A program made the translations under genes and the position numbers. Of a stretch of DNA of 64,000 nucleotides, positions 38,134 to 51,651 are shown piece after piece (the stretch's first letter is position 1; each line of letters opens with the position of its first letter). Source of the DNA: Octopus vulgaris. Its lineage: Eukaryota. The notes below the pieces were generated by a model, which saw only the letters and a program-made list of their open reading frames with translations, searched no databases and was not told where the DNA came from. Location: NCBI GenBank assembly GCA_951406725.2, contig OX597831.1:29388001-29452000 (forward strand), read 5' to 3'.

Positions 38134-39121
38134 ATCTGTGTGGTGTGTAGGTATGGTTTTTTGGGGGGGTGAACACTTCTGTACAGAGGATGCTGCTGTA
38201 CTCTGTCTTCGAAAGCCGGAGTCGATATCATATCAGGCGGTGAAGCAGCTCTTTGGTTTTCCGACACTTTCACTGCGACACCAGAGCTGCCCGTGGGAGG
38301 GGGTCACCCACTGATTTAGCCAACAAAGTTTCTGCACAAAAGCATAAGCTTTCTTGAATAAAATGTTGCAACGCTGGGCCGAATGTTTCTATCGCTATCA
38401 ATCATCGTTCTACCTACACCACTCATTTCTTTTGTGCCATGCAGTGAGAATGAACCATCATTAGTCCAAATTAGCAATTTTTCATCATACTTAAAGCATA
38501 CATATATTGTAGAAAGCCTTCTAAACTGCTGTACACGACTCGAGAAAGCATCTCTGACTTGCTTTTTTTTCTTTCCCTCCCTCCCTTTTTCTAGAATTTT
38601 GTGTCGGCTGGTTAATTTATCAATTAATGATTTTCCGTCAAGTTTGTGTTTGTGTTTCGTACAGTAATATATTTTAATTCTTGTAAATACATGTCAACAG
38701 ATCGACGAAAAACTCTTGTATTGAAGTGTCCGATGTCACAGCTTGGATGAAATTTCATGCTTACGTTGAAATTCGTATATCAAAATTGATTGTTTCAAAT
38801 AGGTTCTGTGAGTCACAGCTTCGTTGTCACACATTGGCTAAAGAAGGTCTCTCAATCTGGTTTTCTCCCATACATATATATATGTGTGTATGAGCTGTTA
38901 CTGCTTGTAGTGGAGTGATGTTACGTGTAATGTGATTTTTAATGATGACATTCATCGATATTATTAAAGTACAGGGCAGTTAATTCGTGTTATATAAGAT
39001 GTGTGTGGTTTGGATGTTCTTAAGGGTTGTTGTAGCTGTTATTCAATTTGGTTTGGTATCATTTTGAATAACGTATTTCAACGCGTGGCTGTGTGGTAAG
39101 AAGTTTGCTTCCTAACCACAT

Positions 39122-39489
39122 AGGCATAGGAGTGGCTGTGTAGTAAGTAGCTTGCGTACGAACCACATGGTACCGGGTTCAATCTTCTACTATAGCCTCG
39201 GGCCAACCAAAGCCTTGTGAGTGGATTTAGTAGACGGAAACTGATAGAAGCCCGTCGTATATATATATATATATATTCAAAATGTGACCTCGTGTGTACC
39301 GTTGACGATTTTTTTTCCTCTGTCTTCCCTTCTCTGGATCTTTCCTTCTCCTATGTTGCCAACGAAGAGCTCCGCTCGAAACGTTAAACCCTCCTTCTTT
39401 CCTTCTTTCCTGAGCGTCCAATAATACTATATTTGTTCCACGTCCTCGTGTTGTTGTGTTTTTTTGTGCTTTCTTGTTTGGATTAACTT

Positions 39490-39574
<85 letters not shown>

Positions 39575-39841
39575 GTGTGTGTGTGTATGTATATATATAT
39601 ATGTATGCATATATGTGTGTGTATGTGTGTGTGAATACGTTTGTGTGTCTGTGTTTATACCCCCCACATCGCTTGAAACCGATGCTGGTGTGTTTACGTC
39701 TCCATAACTTAGCGGTTCAGCAAAATAGACCGTTAGAATAAGTACTAGGCTTACAGAGAATAAGTGCTGAGGTCGATTTGCTCGACTAAGGGCGGTGCTC
39801 CAGCATGACCACAGTCAAATGACTAAAACAAGTAAAAGAGT
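39122..39841 (+). mobile_element. SINE family A carrying a P2 element (about 39277-39490) in its internal microsatellite
   Basis: SINE halves are contiguous across the insert; the insert has CCAACGA-A-GAGC-TCC-GCTC-GAAACGT. Confidence 0.85.
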
Positions 39842-40204
39842 GACCACAGGGCTCCAGGATCAGTCCCATTACGTAGCACCTTGGGCAAGTGTCTTCTACC
39901 ATTCGCTTGGGCCGATCAGAGCCTTGTGAGTGGCAGTGATAGAAATAAAAAAAACTGAAAGAATCCCTTCATATATATGTTTATGCTTGTGTATGTCTGT
40001 ATGTGTGTATGTGCGTGCGTGTGCGTCTTTGAGTCCGTGTTTGTCCCCCGCCACCGCTTGACAACCGCTGTTGATGTGTTTACATCCCCGTAACTTAGCA
40101 GTTTGCTAAAAGAGATTAAAGGAATAAGTACCAGATTTTAAAAAGTGCTTAAGTCGATTCATTCGACTAAAGATTCTTCACCGCAGTGCGCCAGCGTGGC
40201 CGCA
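39842..40204 (+). mobile_element. Diverged SINE family A
   Basis: GCACCTTGGGCAAGTGTCTTCTAC...CGCTTGACAACCG...CCAGCGTGGCCGCA. Confidence 0.8.
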
Positions 40205-40338
40205 AGTTCGAATCGAGGCGCTAAGACCTCTTACTCTGCCTCCCCGATTAAGTCTCTTGCCACCTGAAGGCAAGCCTGCAGTCGCAAGCCGGGGTCCCAT
40301 AAAAGATAATTATATTCTTCCTTAGTAAAGGAATCCAT

Positions 40339-40394
40339 CACTGAAAGAAGCCTGTCGTATATATACATGTGTGTGTGTGTGTGTATGTGTGTGT

Positions 40395-40445
<51 letters not shown>

Positions 40446-40636
40446 TGTGTCCCAAGCGCTATCGCTATTGCTGGTGTGTTTACCTCCCCGTAACCTGGTG
40501 GTTCGACAAAAAGTAACCGATGGAATAAGTACTAGGCTTACAAAGAATAAATCCTGGGGTCGATTTGTTCGACTAAAAGTTGGTGCCCCGACATGGCCGC
40601 AGCCAAATGACTGAAACAAGTAAAAGAATAAAAGAA
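40339..40636 (+). mobile_element. SINE family A, 3' half
   Basis: ACTGAAAGAAG...(TG)n...tail. Confidence 0.85.
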
Positions 40637-40953
40637 TATATATACCCGCATATTACATTCATATTCGCATACACGCGCATGCGCACACAGGCACAGGCCC
40701 CTCTCACCCGCACATACATACTTCCGCACATAGAAAACTATGATGTTCATTTCTTTGGTGCATTTACGTCATCGTACCAAAACTCATATCTATATATACA
40801 CACATACGTATATAAATATATGTGTATATATGTATGCAAAAATATATACATTATACGTGTGTGTATATGTAAGTATACCCACAATCAGACATATGTATAC
40901 ATACATACATGCACACACACACACACACATGCACACAAACACACACACACACG

Positions 40954-41015
<62 letters not shown>

Positions 41016-41154
41016 ATCAAAATAAGCAACAAGGATATCCAGAGGTAATGCAGTACGATCGTTTCATGCGACTCCATTTAATTGAACAATGCAAACATAT
41101 ATATATATATATTCACACATATATATATACGTATACACATAAATACACGTATAC

Positions 41155-41185
<31 letters not shown>

Positions 41186-41493
41186 TAACTACTCACATAC
41201 ACAACTTATACACATACAAACACTCACATTCATGTATATAAAGAGAAAAAAAACAGAATGAGAGAAAGGACAGAGAGAAAGTGTTGAACATACTATTGTT
41301 TCCATACAGAGTGTGTATGCGTATATGTATATGTGTATATATACACACATAAATATGTATATACGTGTGCATGTCCATGCGTGTGTATGCGTTTGTGTAC
41401 AGCCAAATTTACGTATATATATATATATAATACGTGTGTGTGTGTGTGTATGTGTGTTTATATATATACTCATGTATATATATTTATGTATAT

Positions 41494-41738
41494 AGGTGCA
41501 GGAGTGGCTGTGTGATAAGTAGCTTGCTTACCAACCACACGGCTCCGGGTTCAGTCCCAATGCGTGCCACCTTGGGCAAGCGTCTTCTACTATAGCCTCT
41601 GACCGACCAAAGCCTTGTGAGTGGATTTGGTAGACGGAAACTGAAAGAAGCCCGTCATATATAACTTGGAATAACTTAGAAAGGTTTTGGCCAGTATTGG
41701 CCCAGGCCATGTCTAACTTAATAGCACCACCTGGCTAT

Positions 41739-41801
<63 letters not shown>

Positions 41802-41890
41802 GTGTGTGTGTGTTTGCGTGTGTGTGTCCCACCAACATCGCTTGACAACCGCCGTCCAAATGACATGAAACAAATAAGAGTAAAAGAGTA
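41494..41890 (+). mobile_element. SINE family A with a CR1-type tail insert (41661-41735, minus) and an internal deletion
   Basis: The insert is the reverse complement of the LINE tail at 53160-53230; the SINE 3' half jumps from GACAACCG to CCGTCCAAATGAC. Confidence 0.8.
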
Positions 41891-41975
<85 letters not shown>

Positions 41976-42006
41976 GTATATATGTATATACATATATATG
42001 CATGTA

Positions 42007-42037
<31 letters not shown>

Positions 42038-42075
42038 ATACATATATATGCATGTATATATATACATATATATGC

Positions 42076-42121
<46 letters not shown>

Positions 42122-42155
42122 ATACATATATATGCATGTATATACATATATATGC

Positions 42156-42243
<88 letters not shown>

Positions 42244-42316
42244 TACTCTTTTACTCTTATTTGTTTCATGTCATTTGGACGGCGGTTGTCAAGCGATGTT
42301 GGTGGGACACACACAC

Positions 42317-42394
<78 letters not shown>

Positions 42395-42399
42395 TTTTA

Positions 42400-42670
42400 T
42401 ATCTGTCCCTTTTGCTGTCCTGGTGTTCGTATGCATTCGATCCTTCTTCCAGGAAATCTACGCTTCCAGCTTAGTTTTTCTAATGCTCGTTGCTTAGTTT
42501 TTCTTGGAGGGCTGGCCGTGATCTAGTAATCTCAAGATTAATCAGCCGAAATTACTACGATGATCCGGTTCTTGACTGAAGACTGAGGGTTTCGAATGTC
42601 CTGTCCGTGTTTATTGTATCGTCTTCTAAAAGTTATACGTTCTTGTCCATGTTGTATTTTTCTACATACC
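42400..42670 (+). mobile_element. Small repeat family P1
   Basis: CATTCGA...CTTAGTTTTTC...AATCTCAAGATTAATCAGCCGAAATT...TTCTTGACTGAAGA...TTCGAATG; ends in (TA)n. Confidence 0.6.
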
Positions 42671-42775
42671 TTAATATATATATACATGCATATATATGTA
42701 TATACATATATACATATTATATATATATATATATATATATACATGCATATATATGTATATACATGCATATATATG

Positions 42776-42820
<45 letters not shown>

Positions 42821-42889
42821 ATACATATATATGCATGTATATATATATATATATATATATCATGCATATATATGTATATACATATATAC

Positions 42890-42934
<45 letters not shown>

Positions 42935-43271
42935 GCATATTTATGTATGTATGTATGATGGATATAAGTGTTTGTGAAAGAGTGTGATTCTGTGTGTGAG
43001 GCTGTGGTATCAGATGTCGTTTGAAAGATGCTATTTATACATAGATTTATAGTTACCAACAATTACAATGGAACAGTTAGCATATACACCCTTCCACTCC
43101 AGTCCAGCTTCACTGCATACTATACTTCCGTGCTTGCACACGCACACAGTTACGTACATGGACTTTATATTAAATGCGTGCGTGTGTGTGCGTGTGAGTG
43201 TGTGTATATATATATATTAAATAGGACAAGGGAAACGTGTATTTATATTCACTAAGTTTATTTATATATAG

Positions 43272-43467
43272 TTTTACTCTTTTACTCTTTTACTTGTTTC
43301 AGTCATTTGACTGCGGCCATGCTGGAGCAGCGTCTTTTAGCCGAGTAAATCAACCCCAGGACTTGTTCTTTGTAAGCCCAGTACTTATTCTAAGTACTTA
43401 TTCTATTAAGGGGACGTAAACACACCAGCATCGGTTGTCAAGTGATGTTAGGAGAGGAACAAACACA

Positions 43468-43551
<84 letters not shown>

Positions 43552-43806
43552 CTTCTTTCAGTTTCCGTCTACCAAGTGGTGGTGGAGGACAAACACAGGA
43601 CTGAAAGACACACACAAGCATACAGAGATATATAGAAATACACGACGCGCTTCTTTCAGTTTCCCTCTACCAAATCCACTCACAAGGCTTTGGTCGGCCC
43701 AAGGCTATAGTAGAAGACACATACCCAATGTGCCACGCAGTGAGACTGAACCCGGAATCATGTGGTTGGTAACCAAACTACTTACCACACAGTCACTCTT
43801 GCGCCT
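43272..43806 (-). mobile_element. SINE family A, rearranged (partial internal duplication)
   Basis: GCTTCTTTCAGTTTCC.TCTACCAA occurs twice (about 43551 and 43649). Confidence 0.8.
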
Positions 43807-44133
43807 ATACCACACACCCAGTTTCACCAAACTATATATAATGAACTTAGTGAATATAAATATATATATAAATGCAATAATTTTCATAGACACTGATATA
43901 CAAATCAATTATGTTTTAACCCGTTTAGAATAGCACCAATATGTATGTGTATATATATTATACCTGGTATGGTAGCATGTTCATACATGCATACATACGT
44001 ACATACATAAATGATTATATATGTATATGTGTGTATATATAAATATGCATATTTACGTTTGTGCATATATACATACAATTTTATGTATATATATATATAT
44101 ATGTATATGTATGTATTTATATACGTGTATATA

Positions 44134-44231
<98 letters not shown>

Positions 44232-44844
44232 CATATATATGACATGTATGTATAGATACATGTGTGTGTCTATCTATATTTGTATATGTCATAATGGAAT
44301 TGTCGGCGCAAAAGTTTAACCTGAGGTTGTAGTGTGTGTGTGTGGTAAGGGTGTGTATTATACGAACTCTAGTATATTAAACAAGTTAATATAAACAGTA
44401 AACTAAGGGTCAAAAATCGAATTGAAACGAGATTCATTCTGGTGATAGCAACGGCATTGTCCTGGATACCCCCGGGAGACCACCTATAGCGTCACTAGGA
44501 TAGGTCAGATGGGACCACATTGAATAAGTGTTTATGCGCTAGCTATTGAAGATGAGAGCTTTGTGTATAGTGTATACACACCTACACCGAGTGACACACA
44601 TACATACACACATACACAAATACACACATAAACACACACGTACGCACGCACACACACAAATACACACACGCACAAGCACACACGCACGCATGCACACTCG
44701 CACATTCGTAACCATACAGAAAGAAACCTGCTAAGAGATACACATTGACATACACATATACATGCATACGCCCATAGAGATTCACACACACACACACACA
44801 CACGCACACACACACACACTCATATATACATATACATTTATATA

Positions 44845-44878
<34 letters not shown>

Positions 44879-44919
44879 ACAATACAAAGTATACGTACGC
44901 CGCTATATACATATATAAA

Positions 44920-45262
44920 AAGATACAAGATGGGACAAGACTGCAAAACATCCAGATAGACGGGTCATTCGGAGTTTTCTTTCCTCAGTCCAGTTCCAGA
45001 TTATCTTTGCAATTTCTGCTGGTTATACTCGAGGCTACTCCAATCTGGCCATCCCCCAGGAAAAACTAAGCTAAGAGCATTAGATTCCTTGGAAGAAAGT
45101 AACGAATGTATACGAAAACAAGGACACAAAAACGGAGTAAGTTACACAAATACAAATATTGTTTTCGTATACATTCGCTGCTTTCTTCCAAGGAATCTAA
45201 TGCTTAGTTTTTCCTTGGTGCTGGCCAGATTGGAGCAATCTCGAGTATAACCAGCCGAAATA
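44920..45262. mobile_element. Family P1 copy with an inverted partial duplicate
   Basis: 45012-45120 and 45160-45261 are diverged reverse complements. Confidence 0.7.
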
Positions 45263-45578
45263 AACGGTTTGACATGCATAATTACATGCACGCATGCACA
45301 CACATATAGACATACACATACACAACATTCATAACAATAGACAGATACATAAGTAAGCAGATAAATAAATTAATCAGTAGGTTTAGGGATAGACAATCAG
45401 AGAGATAAATAGATGGTGCAATTAATCCCCAGTGAACAACGCAGTGATCTTGGATAATTCTGTCCGGAGAAGTATTTGTATGTAATCACTATTTATAGTA
45501 TCCACAAACTCAGATACAGCTAAATTTCTTGTGTGTCCAATTTACATAAGTTTGTTTAAAAAAATAAATAAATTGACT

Positions 45579-45662
<84 letters not shown>

Positions 45663-45925
45663 TATACGTAAATTCTACAGAGGCTTTTTTTTTCGAGTAA
45701 TTTAATATGGAGCAATTCACTGATGAAAGTGTAAACAGTCCAGAAACCTTTCAGAGACATCCCACATCTTTCATTCTACAGGAAGATAATAGTGTTGTGT
45801 GCTTAAGTTTCCCAAGACGAAAATCGTGTCTTCTCTTGAAGCTCTGGGCCGACTAATGCCTCGTTAAGGAATTTGGTGATAGAAACAGTGTGGAAGCTCG
45901 TCGTATACATATGTGTGTGTGTGTA

Positions 45926-45960
<35 letters not shown>

Positions 45961-46154
45961 TAGAGTAGAGTGAGAGAGAGAGAGAGTTAGTCTCTGTGTT
46001 TGTCACACCACACCGTCTGCTGAGTTGGTTTGTTTACGTCTTCGTTGTTGAGTGGTTTGACATAAAAGTCCAATATGATAAATAGCAGACTCAAAAGAAA
46101 AGGAAACACAAATTACTTGAGCAATTTTCTCGACAAAATGGCCGCAATCCAATG

Positions 46155-46265
<111 letters not shown>

Positions 46266-46432
46266 TATGTGAGTGCTTGTATTAGTGTGTGAGTGAGTGT
46301 CTATTTGTATGCGTATATAACTATATATTTATATGTATGCGCATATATATATATATATATTTCCTGAGCGCCTATTAATAATAATACTGTAATTGTTCCA
46401 TTGTTGTTGTTTTTTTGTTTCCCGTTTGGATT

Positions 46433-46467
<35 letters not shown>

Positions 46468-46469
<2 letters not shown>

Positions 46470-46865
46470 CGCAGGAGTGGCTGTGTAGTAACTAGCTTGC
46501 TTACCAGACACATGGCTCCAGGTTCAGTCCCAATGCCTGGCACCTTGGGCATGTGTCTTCTACTATAGCCTCGGGCCGACCAAAGCCTTGTGAGTGGATT
46601 TGGTTGATGGAAACTGAAAGAAGCCCGTCGTATATATGTATATATGTATGTGTGTGTGTTTGTGTGTCTGTGTTTGTCACGTCAACATCGCTTGACAACC
46701 GATGCTGGTGTGTTTACGTCCCCCGTAACTTAGCGGTTCGGCAATAGAGACCGATAGAATAAGTACTAGGCTTACAAAGAATAAGTCCTGGGGTCGATTT
46801 GCTCGACTAAAGGCGGTGCTCCAACATGGTCGCAGTCAAATGACTGAAACAAGTAAAAGAGTAAG
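46468..46865 (+). mobile_element. SINE family A, full length
   Basis: GGCGCAGGAGTGGCTGTGTAGTAA head, GGTTCAGTCCC B-box, tail (GTAAAAGA)n. Confidence 0.9.
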
Positions 46866-47135
46866 AGTATAGAGTAATATATATGTACATATATGTATGT
46901 ATGTATACGTATGTGTATGCAGGTATGTACGTTCGAATAAATTGGCTTGGTATCTGTGCGCGTATGTAAACATTGTCATTTTTATACCGGTCTCTCTTAA
47001 ACCCGGGGACACACACAGAGCTGAGACTGGCTCACATACATTAACACACACACACTTCTAAGCACTTAAACACGTACACTGTCTGATATATATAAATAAT
47101 AAATGATATGTATACGTCCATATATATATACATAT

Positions 47136-47186
<51 letters not shown>

Positions 47187-47204
47187 TATATATTGTGTAT
47201 GTAA

Positions 47205-47271
<67 letters not shown>

Positions 47272-47456
47272 TACATGTATGTGTGTGTATATGTATATAC
47301 ATACACATATAAAGTATATATGATTATACAGTGTTTAGTTAGATATAATCTGTTTGACAGAACTCTCTCTCTCTCTCTTTAAAACGAACTATTTCAGGTC
47401 TATTAAAGAAACATTGAACAATATATAAAAATATTGATAACAGCAACAATAACACC

Positions 47457-47518
<62 letters not shown>

Positions 47519-48107
47519 GCGAAGGAACGAGACCCAGATGAATCACAACATCTAGAGAATTTAGGGAAACAAAAATATAATATGGAGAACAGCAACAACG
47601 AAAATATAAGAATAAAAAGAAAAGAAAACATGTTGATAACAGCAAGAACAACAACAACAACAACAATAATGATAATAATACTAATAATAATAATAATGAT
47701 AATAATAATGATAAATCGTTTTTGTTATTTTATCAGGCACAAGAGCGTTAATGGGAAGAGAAAGTTAGAAGGATGTGATGGCTGGTGTATTTAATGTCGA
47801 AACTATAAACTGTTATCCTTGCATAAACATTTTGTTTTAATTATTCTACACACAAGACAAGTATCGCCACCTACCCGCCTTTACTTTGAACTAAAAAAAA
47901 AAAACAGCAAACACACACACACTCACACATGCAGAAACACACACACAGACTAAAAAGTGGTGGGAATAGAAAAGATACTGTAAAGAGAAAACAAAACATT
48001 TATAACGAAATCTGTTTTATATTTGTTTTTAAAAAACATTTTGTTATCCATTTTTGTGTATGTGTGTATGTATATTTCTATGTGCTTGACTGTGTGCTTA
48101 CACGTGT

Positions 48108-48144
<37 letters not shown>

Positions 48145-48321
48145 AGTTAATGGTACATGGTTCTTCGATGGATCTGAGTGTGTAGAACCACAATACATAA
48201 CTACATCGCTTTATGAGCCATGTAGGACTCTTCTTTGCTTTAGCTAGTCCAGCTACAAATAACAGCTAAATATCCCTCATGTCACTCCCTACGCTGTACA
48301 AAATGATATTCATAGATTATG

Positions 48322-48622
48322 CTTGGTCCTTCTCGAGCCATGCCTGGCTCATAAGGGCCGGTTTCCCGGTTTCCTTGGCGTATAGGTTTCCCCATCTAGA
48401 CGGGACGCCGGTCCGTCACAGGTGAGCTGCAAGATGCAGGAGGAAAGAGTGAGAGAAAGTTGTGGTGAAAGAGTCAGCAGAAATTCGCCATTACCTTCTG
48501 CCGGAGCCGCGTGGAGCTTAGGTTTTTCGCTCATAAACACACACATCACCCGGTCTGAGATTCGAACCCGCGATCCCTCCACCGCGAGTCCGCTGCTCTA
48601 ACCACTAGGCCATGTGCCTCCC
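48322..48622 (-). mobile_element. SINE family B, variant B3, full length
   Basis: tRNA-like head at 48622; TAGATTATG duplicated on both flanks. Confidence 0.85.
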
Positions 48623-48918
48623 CTTCTTAGATTATGGTGTGGGAAAATAAAAAGCGAGACGGCCATCGCTGGAACGCCTTTGAATATATAGATCTACTAT
48701 TTCAGGGCTGACATGGTTCTAAATAACAACGTGAGGGATGAGCGCATTGGATGATGTAGTCATGGATACACTATATCTGAGAGTGTGTCTGAATACCATT
48801 TTTTATAGAGTCTACTGGTCAAGCCTGACCTGGGGTTAAACACCAACATGAACAACCACAGCAAGAAAAGCAAGAAGGAACATAAAAACATTGTTTTAGA
48901 TAGGCTATGTCATATAGG

Positions 48919-49149
48919 GTGTCAGCATCATGAATCGTAAGATTGTGGTTTCGATTCCTGGACCGGGCGACGCGTTGTGTTCTTGAGCAAAACACTTCAT
49001 TTCACGCTGCTCTAGTCCACTCAGCTGTCAAAAATGAGTAACGCTGCGATGGACTGGCGTCCCGTCCAGCTGGGGAACACATACGCCATTGAAACCGGGA
49101 AACCGTGCTCATGAGCTTGGCTAGGCTTTAAAAGGGTGCGTTTATTTTT
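48919..49149 (+). mobile_element. SINE family C, slightly 5'-truncated
   Basis: 13-bp TSD TATGTCATATAGG at 48906-48918 and 49150-49162. Confidence 0.85.
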
Positions 49150-49385
49150 TATGTCATATAGGTGAACAATCTTTGCAGATGAGGATTGACTTGGGTCTAA
49201 ATGACGGCAACAAGGAGAAACACATTAGATAGTGCAGTCCTTGATACACTAGGTCCGAATGAAAGACGGTGGTCATAGCTGGAACAATGTTTATAGATAA
49301 AAGCTAACTTGGGTCTAAGCAACAACAGCAACAACAAGGAAAATACATTAGATGATGTTGTCCAAGGTACACCATATCCGAAAAA

Positions 49386-49800
49386 GGCGGCCAGCTGGCA
49401 GAATCGTTAGCACGCCGGGCGAAATGCTTACCGGTATTTCGTCTGCCGTTACGTTCTGAGTTCAAATTCTGCCGAGGTCGACTTTGCCTTTCATCCTTTC
49501 GGGGTCGATTAAATAAGTACCAGTTACGCACTGGGGTCAATGTAATCGACTTAATCCGTTTGTCTGTCCTTGTTTGTCCCCTCTGTGTTTAGCCCCTTGT
49601 GGGTAGTAAAGAAATAGGTATTTCGTCTGTCGCTACGTTCTGAGTTCAAATTCCGCCGGGGTCGACCTTGCCTTTCATCCTTTCGGAGTCGATAAATTAA
49701 GTACCAGTCACGCACTGGGGTCAATGTAATCGACTTAATCCGTGTGTCTGTCCTTGTTTGTCCTCTCTGTGTTTAGCCCCTTGTGGGTAGTAAAGAAATA
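49386..49800 (+). mobile_element. SINE family D, internally duplicated
   Basis: Two core units; flanking duplication AGGTACAC(C/T)ATATCC. Confidence 0.9.
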
Positions 49801-50135
49801 GGTACACTATATCCAAATGAAAGACAAAGAAGTCATGGCTGGAACAATTTTTACCGATGATGATTGATTTAAGTCTAAATAACAACAACGAGGGAAAACA
49901 CCAAATATTGTAGTCCAAGTTACACTATATTTAAATGAACGACGGAATGGTCGTGGCTGGAATATCTTTCATCAAGGCGGCGGGTGGGTAAAAAAACAAA
50001 ACGAAAAAACTTGTCGCTGTATTTCATGCTTAACCCATTTTAACCCACTGTCCTCGTTTGGGGACAGTTGTATTTGGTTTATTTGCTGCAATAAAGGTTA
50101 ACTGGACATTTCCGTATGTTTGTTATCCCTGTTTA

Positions 50136-50541
50136 CTCTTTACTCTTTTACTTGTTTCAGTCATTTGACTGCGGCCATGCTGGAGCACCACCTTTAGTCG
50201 AGCAAATCGACCCCCAGGACTTATTCTTTGTAAGCCTAGTACTAATTCTATCGGTCTCTTTTTGCCGAACCGCTAAGTTACGGGGACGTAAACACACCAG
50301 CATCGGTTGCCAAGCGTTGTTGAGGGGGACAAACACAGACACACAAACACACACACACCCACATACATATATATATATATATACATATAAACGACGGGCT
50401 TCTTTCAGTTTCCGTCTACCAAATCCACTCACAAGGCTTTGGTCGGCCCGAGGCTATAGTAGAAGACATTTGCCCAAGGTGCCACGCAGTGGGACTGAAC
50501 CCGGTACCATGTAGTTGGTAAGCAAGCTACTTACCACACAA
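50136..50541 (-). mobile_element. SINE family A, full length
   Basis: Reverse complement of the family consensus. Confidence 0.9.
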
Positions 50542-51247
50542 CCACTTAACCCTGTCGAAATTTTCTAAATAGTTATATATAAACAGGGATAACAAACATA
50601 CGGAAGCGTCCAGTTAACCTTTATTGCAGTAAATAAACCAAATATAGTCACAACGTAACGAAAGTAAATCCACTATTAAGTAACCAATGGCAACTGCTGT
50701 GATTTTGGAAAACTACCAACCATATTTGAACACGTGGATCCCTAGCGGCAGTTACTGTACAGGAGATAATCACTTTTGGATTAATCTTAAATCATGACGT
50801 GGTGAGGAATTTTAATTTTAAATCAAAGAGTAACAAAGATGCACCGAATAAACAAATTTGATATTCCTATTCATTACAAATACTATTAGCCATAGGTATC
50901 CTTGAATAGCACCATTCTATTCTTATTTGGAACCAAGAACATGATATAACCCAAGGCAAACACATTGCACCAAATTACACCATTTTAGGAAGCGAAATAG
51001 TTTAGAAGAAATTCAAGAAATGCGTGTTTTCAGTGCTAGGTTAAGCTTGACAGAACAAACAAGTGATAAAAGGCACTCCCTCTGGCTATGATGATTACAT
51101 TTATTTTCAGGCCTACCATATTTATAACAACAATATTTAATGTGTACTTTCTCTTTATAAGACGCTAGTGATTTGACTTAACGGTGATTTGACTGCTATT
51201 TCTAACAGAATGAAATGGCGATCCTTGGATTCAATAAACATATCAGT

Positions 51248-51651
51248 TGTTGTTGCTGTTTGTTTGTTGAGCGAAGCGGTCTTCGTCCCAGAGCTCGCAG
51301 GATCGTGCCTCTGTAGTGGGAGAAGTCCGAAATGTGGTCCTTTGCTATTCGTAAGACCCGCAAAAGAGAAAGCAGGTCAACCTCCGAACATCGACGGATG
51401 GATGAATGCGCATCCAGGCTCAGCGGTTGCGTAGGAAGTCGGGGACAAGAAACAGGAAGAAAGAGTAAGAGAAAGTTGGAGGGAAAGAGTACAACAGGGG
51501 TCTCCACCACCCAATGTTGGAGGCTCGTGGAGCTTTAGGTGTTTCAGGTGTTTTCGCTCAATAAGCACACACAACGCCCGGTCTGGGAATCGAAACCGTG
51601 ATCCTCCGACCGCGAGTCCATTGCCCTAACCACTGGGCCATTGCGCCTCCA
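51248..51651 (-). mobile_element. SINE family B, variant B1
   Basis: Homologous to 5188-5560; TGTTGTTGCTGT on both flanks. Confidence 0.85.

Larger units (their letters stand above)
48630..49975 (+). repeat. Decayed tandem array of about six family E 3' units (~120-130 bp), interrupted by SINEs C and D
   Basis: Recurring CATTAGAT..GTAGTCC..GATACACTA...GGTCATGGCTGGAA...GGTCTAAA(CAA)n. Confidence 0.6.

Noticed and set aside
45716-45757. CTGATGA...CAGAAACCTTTC hammerhead-like string
   Set aside because: Core words are present but none of the three stems pairs adequately
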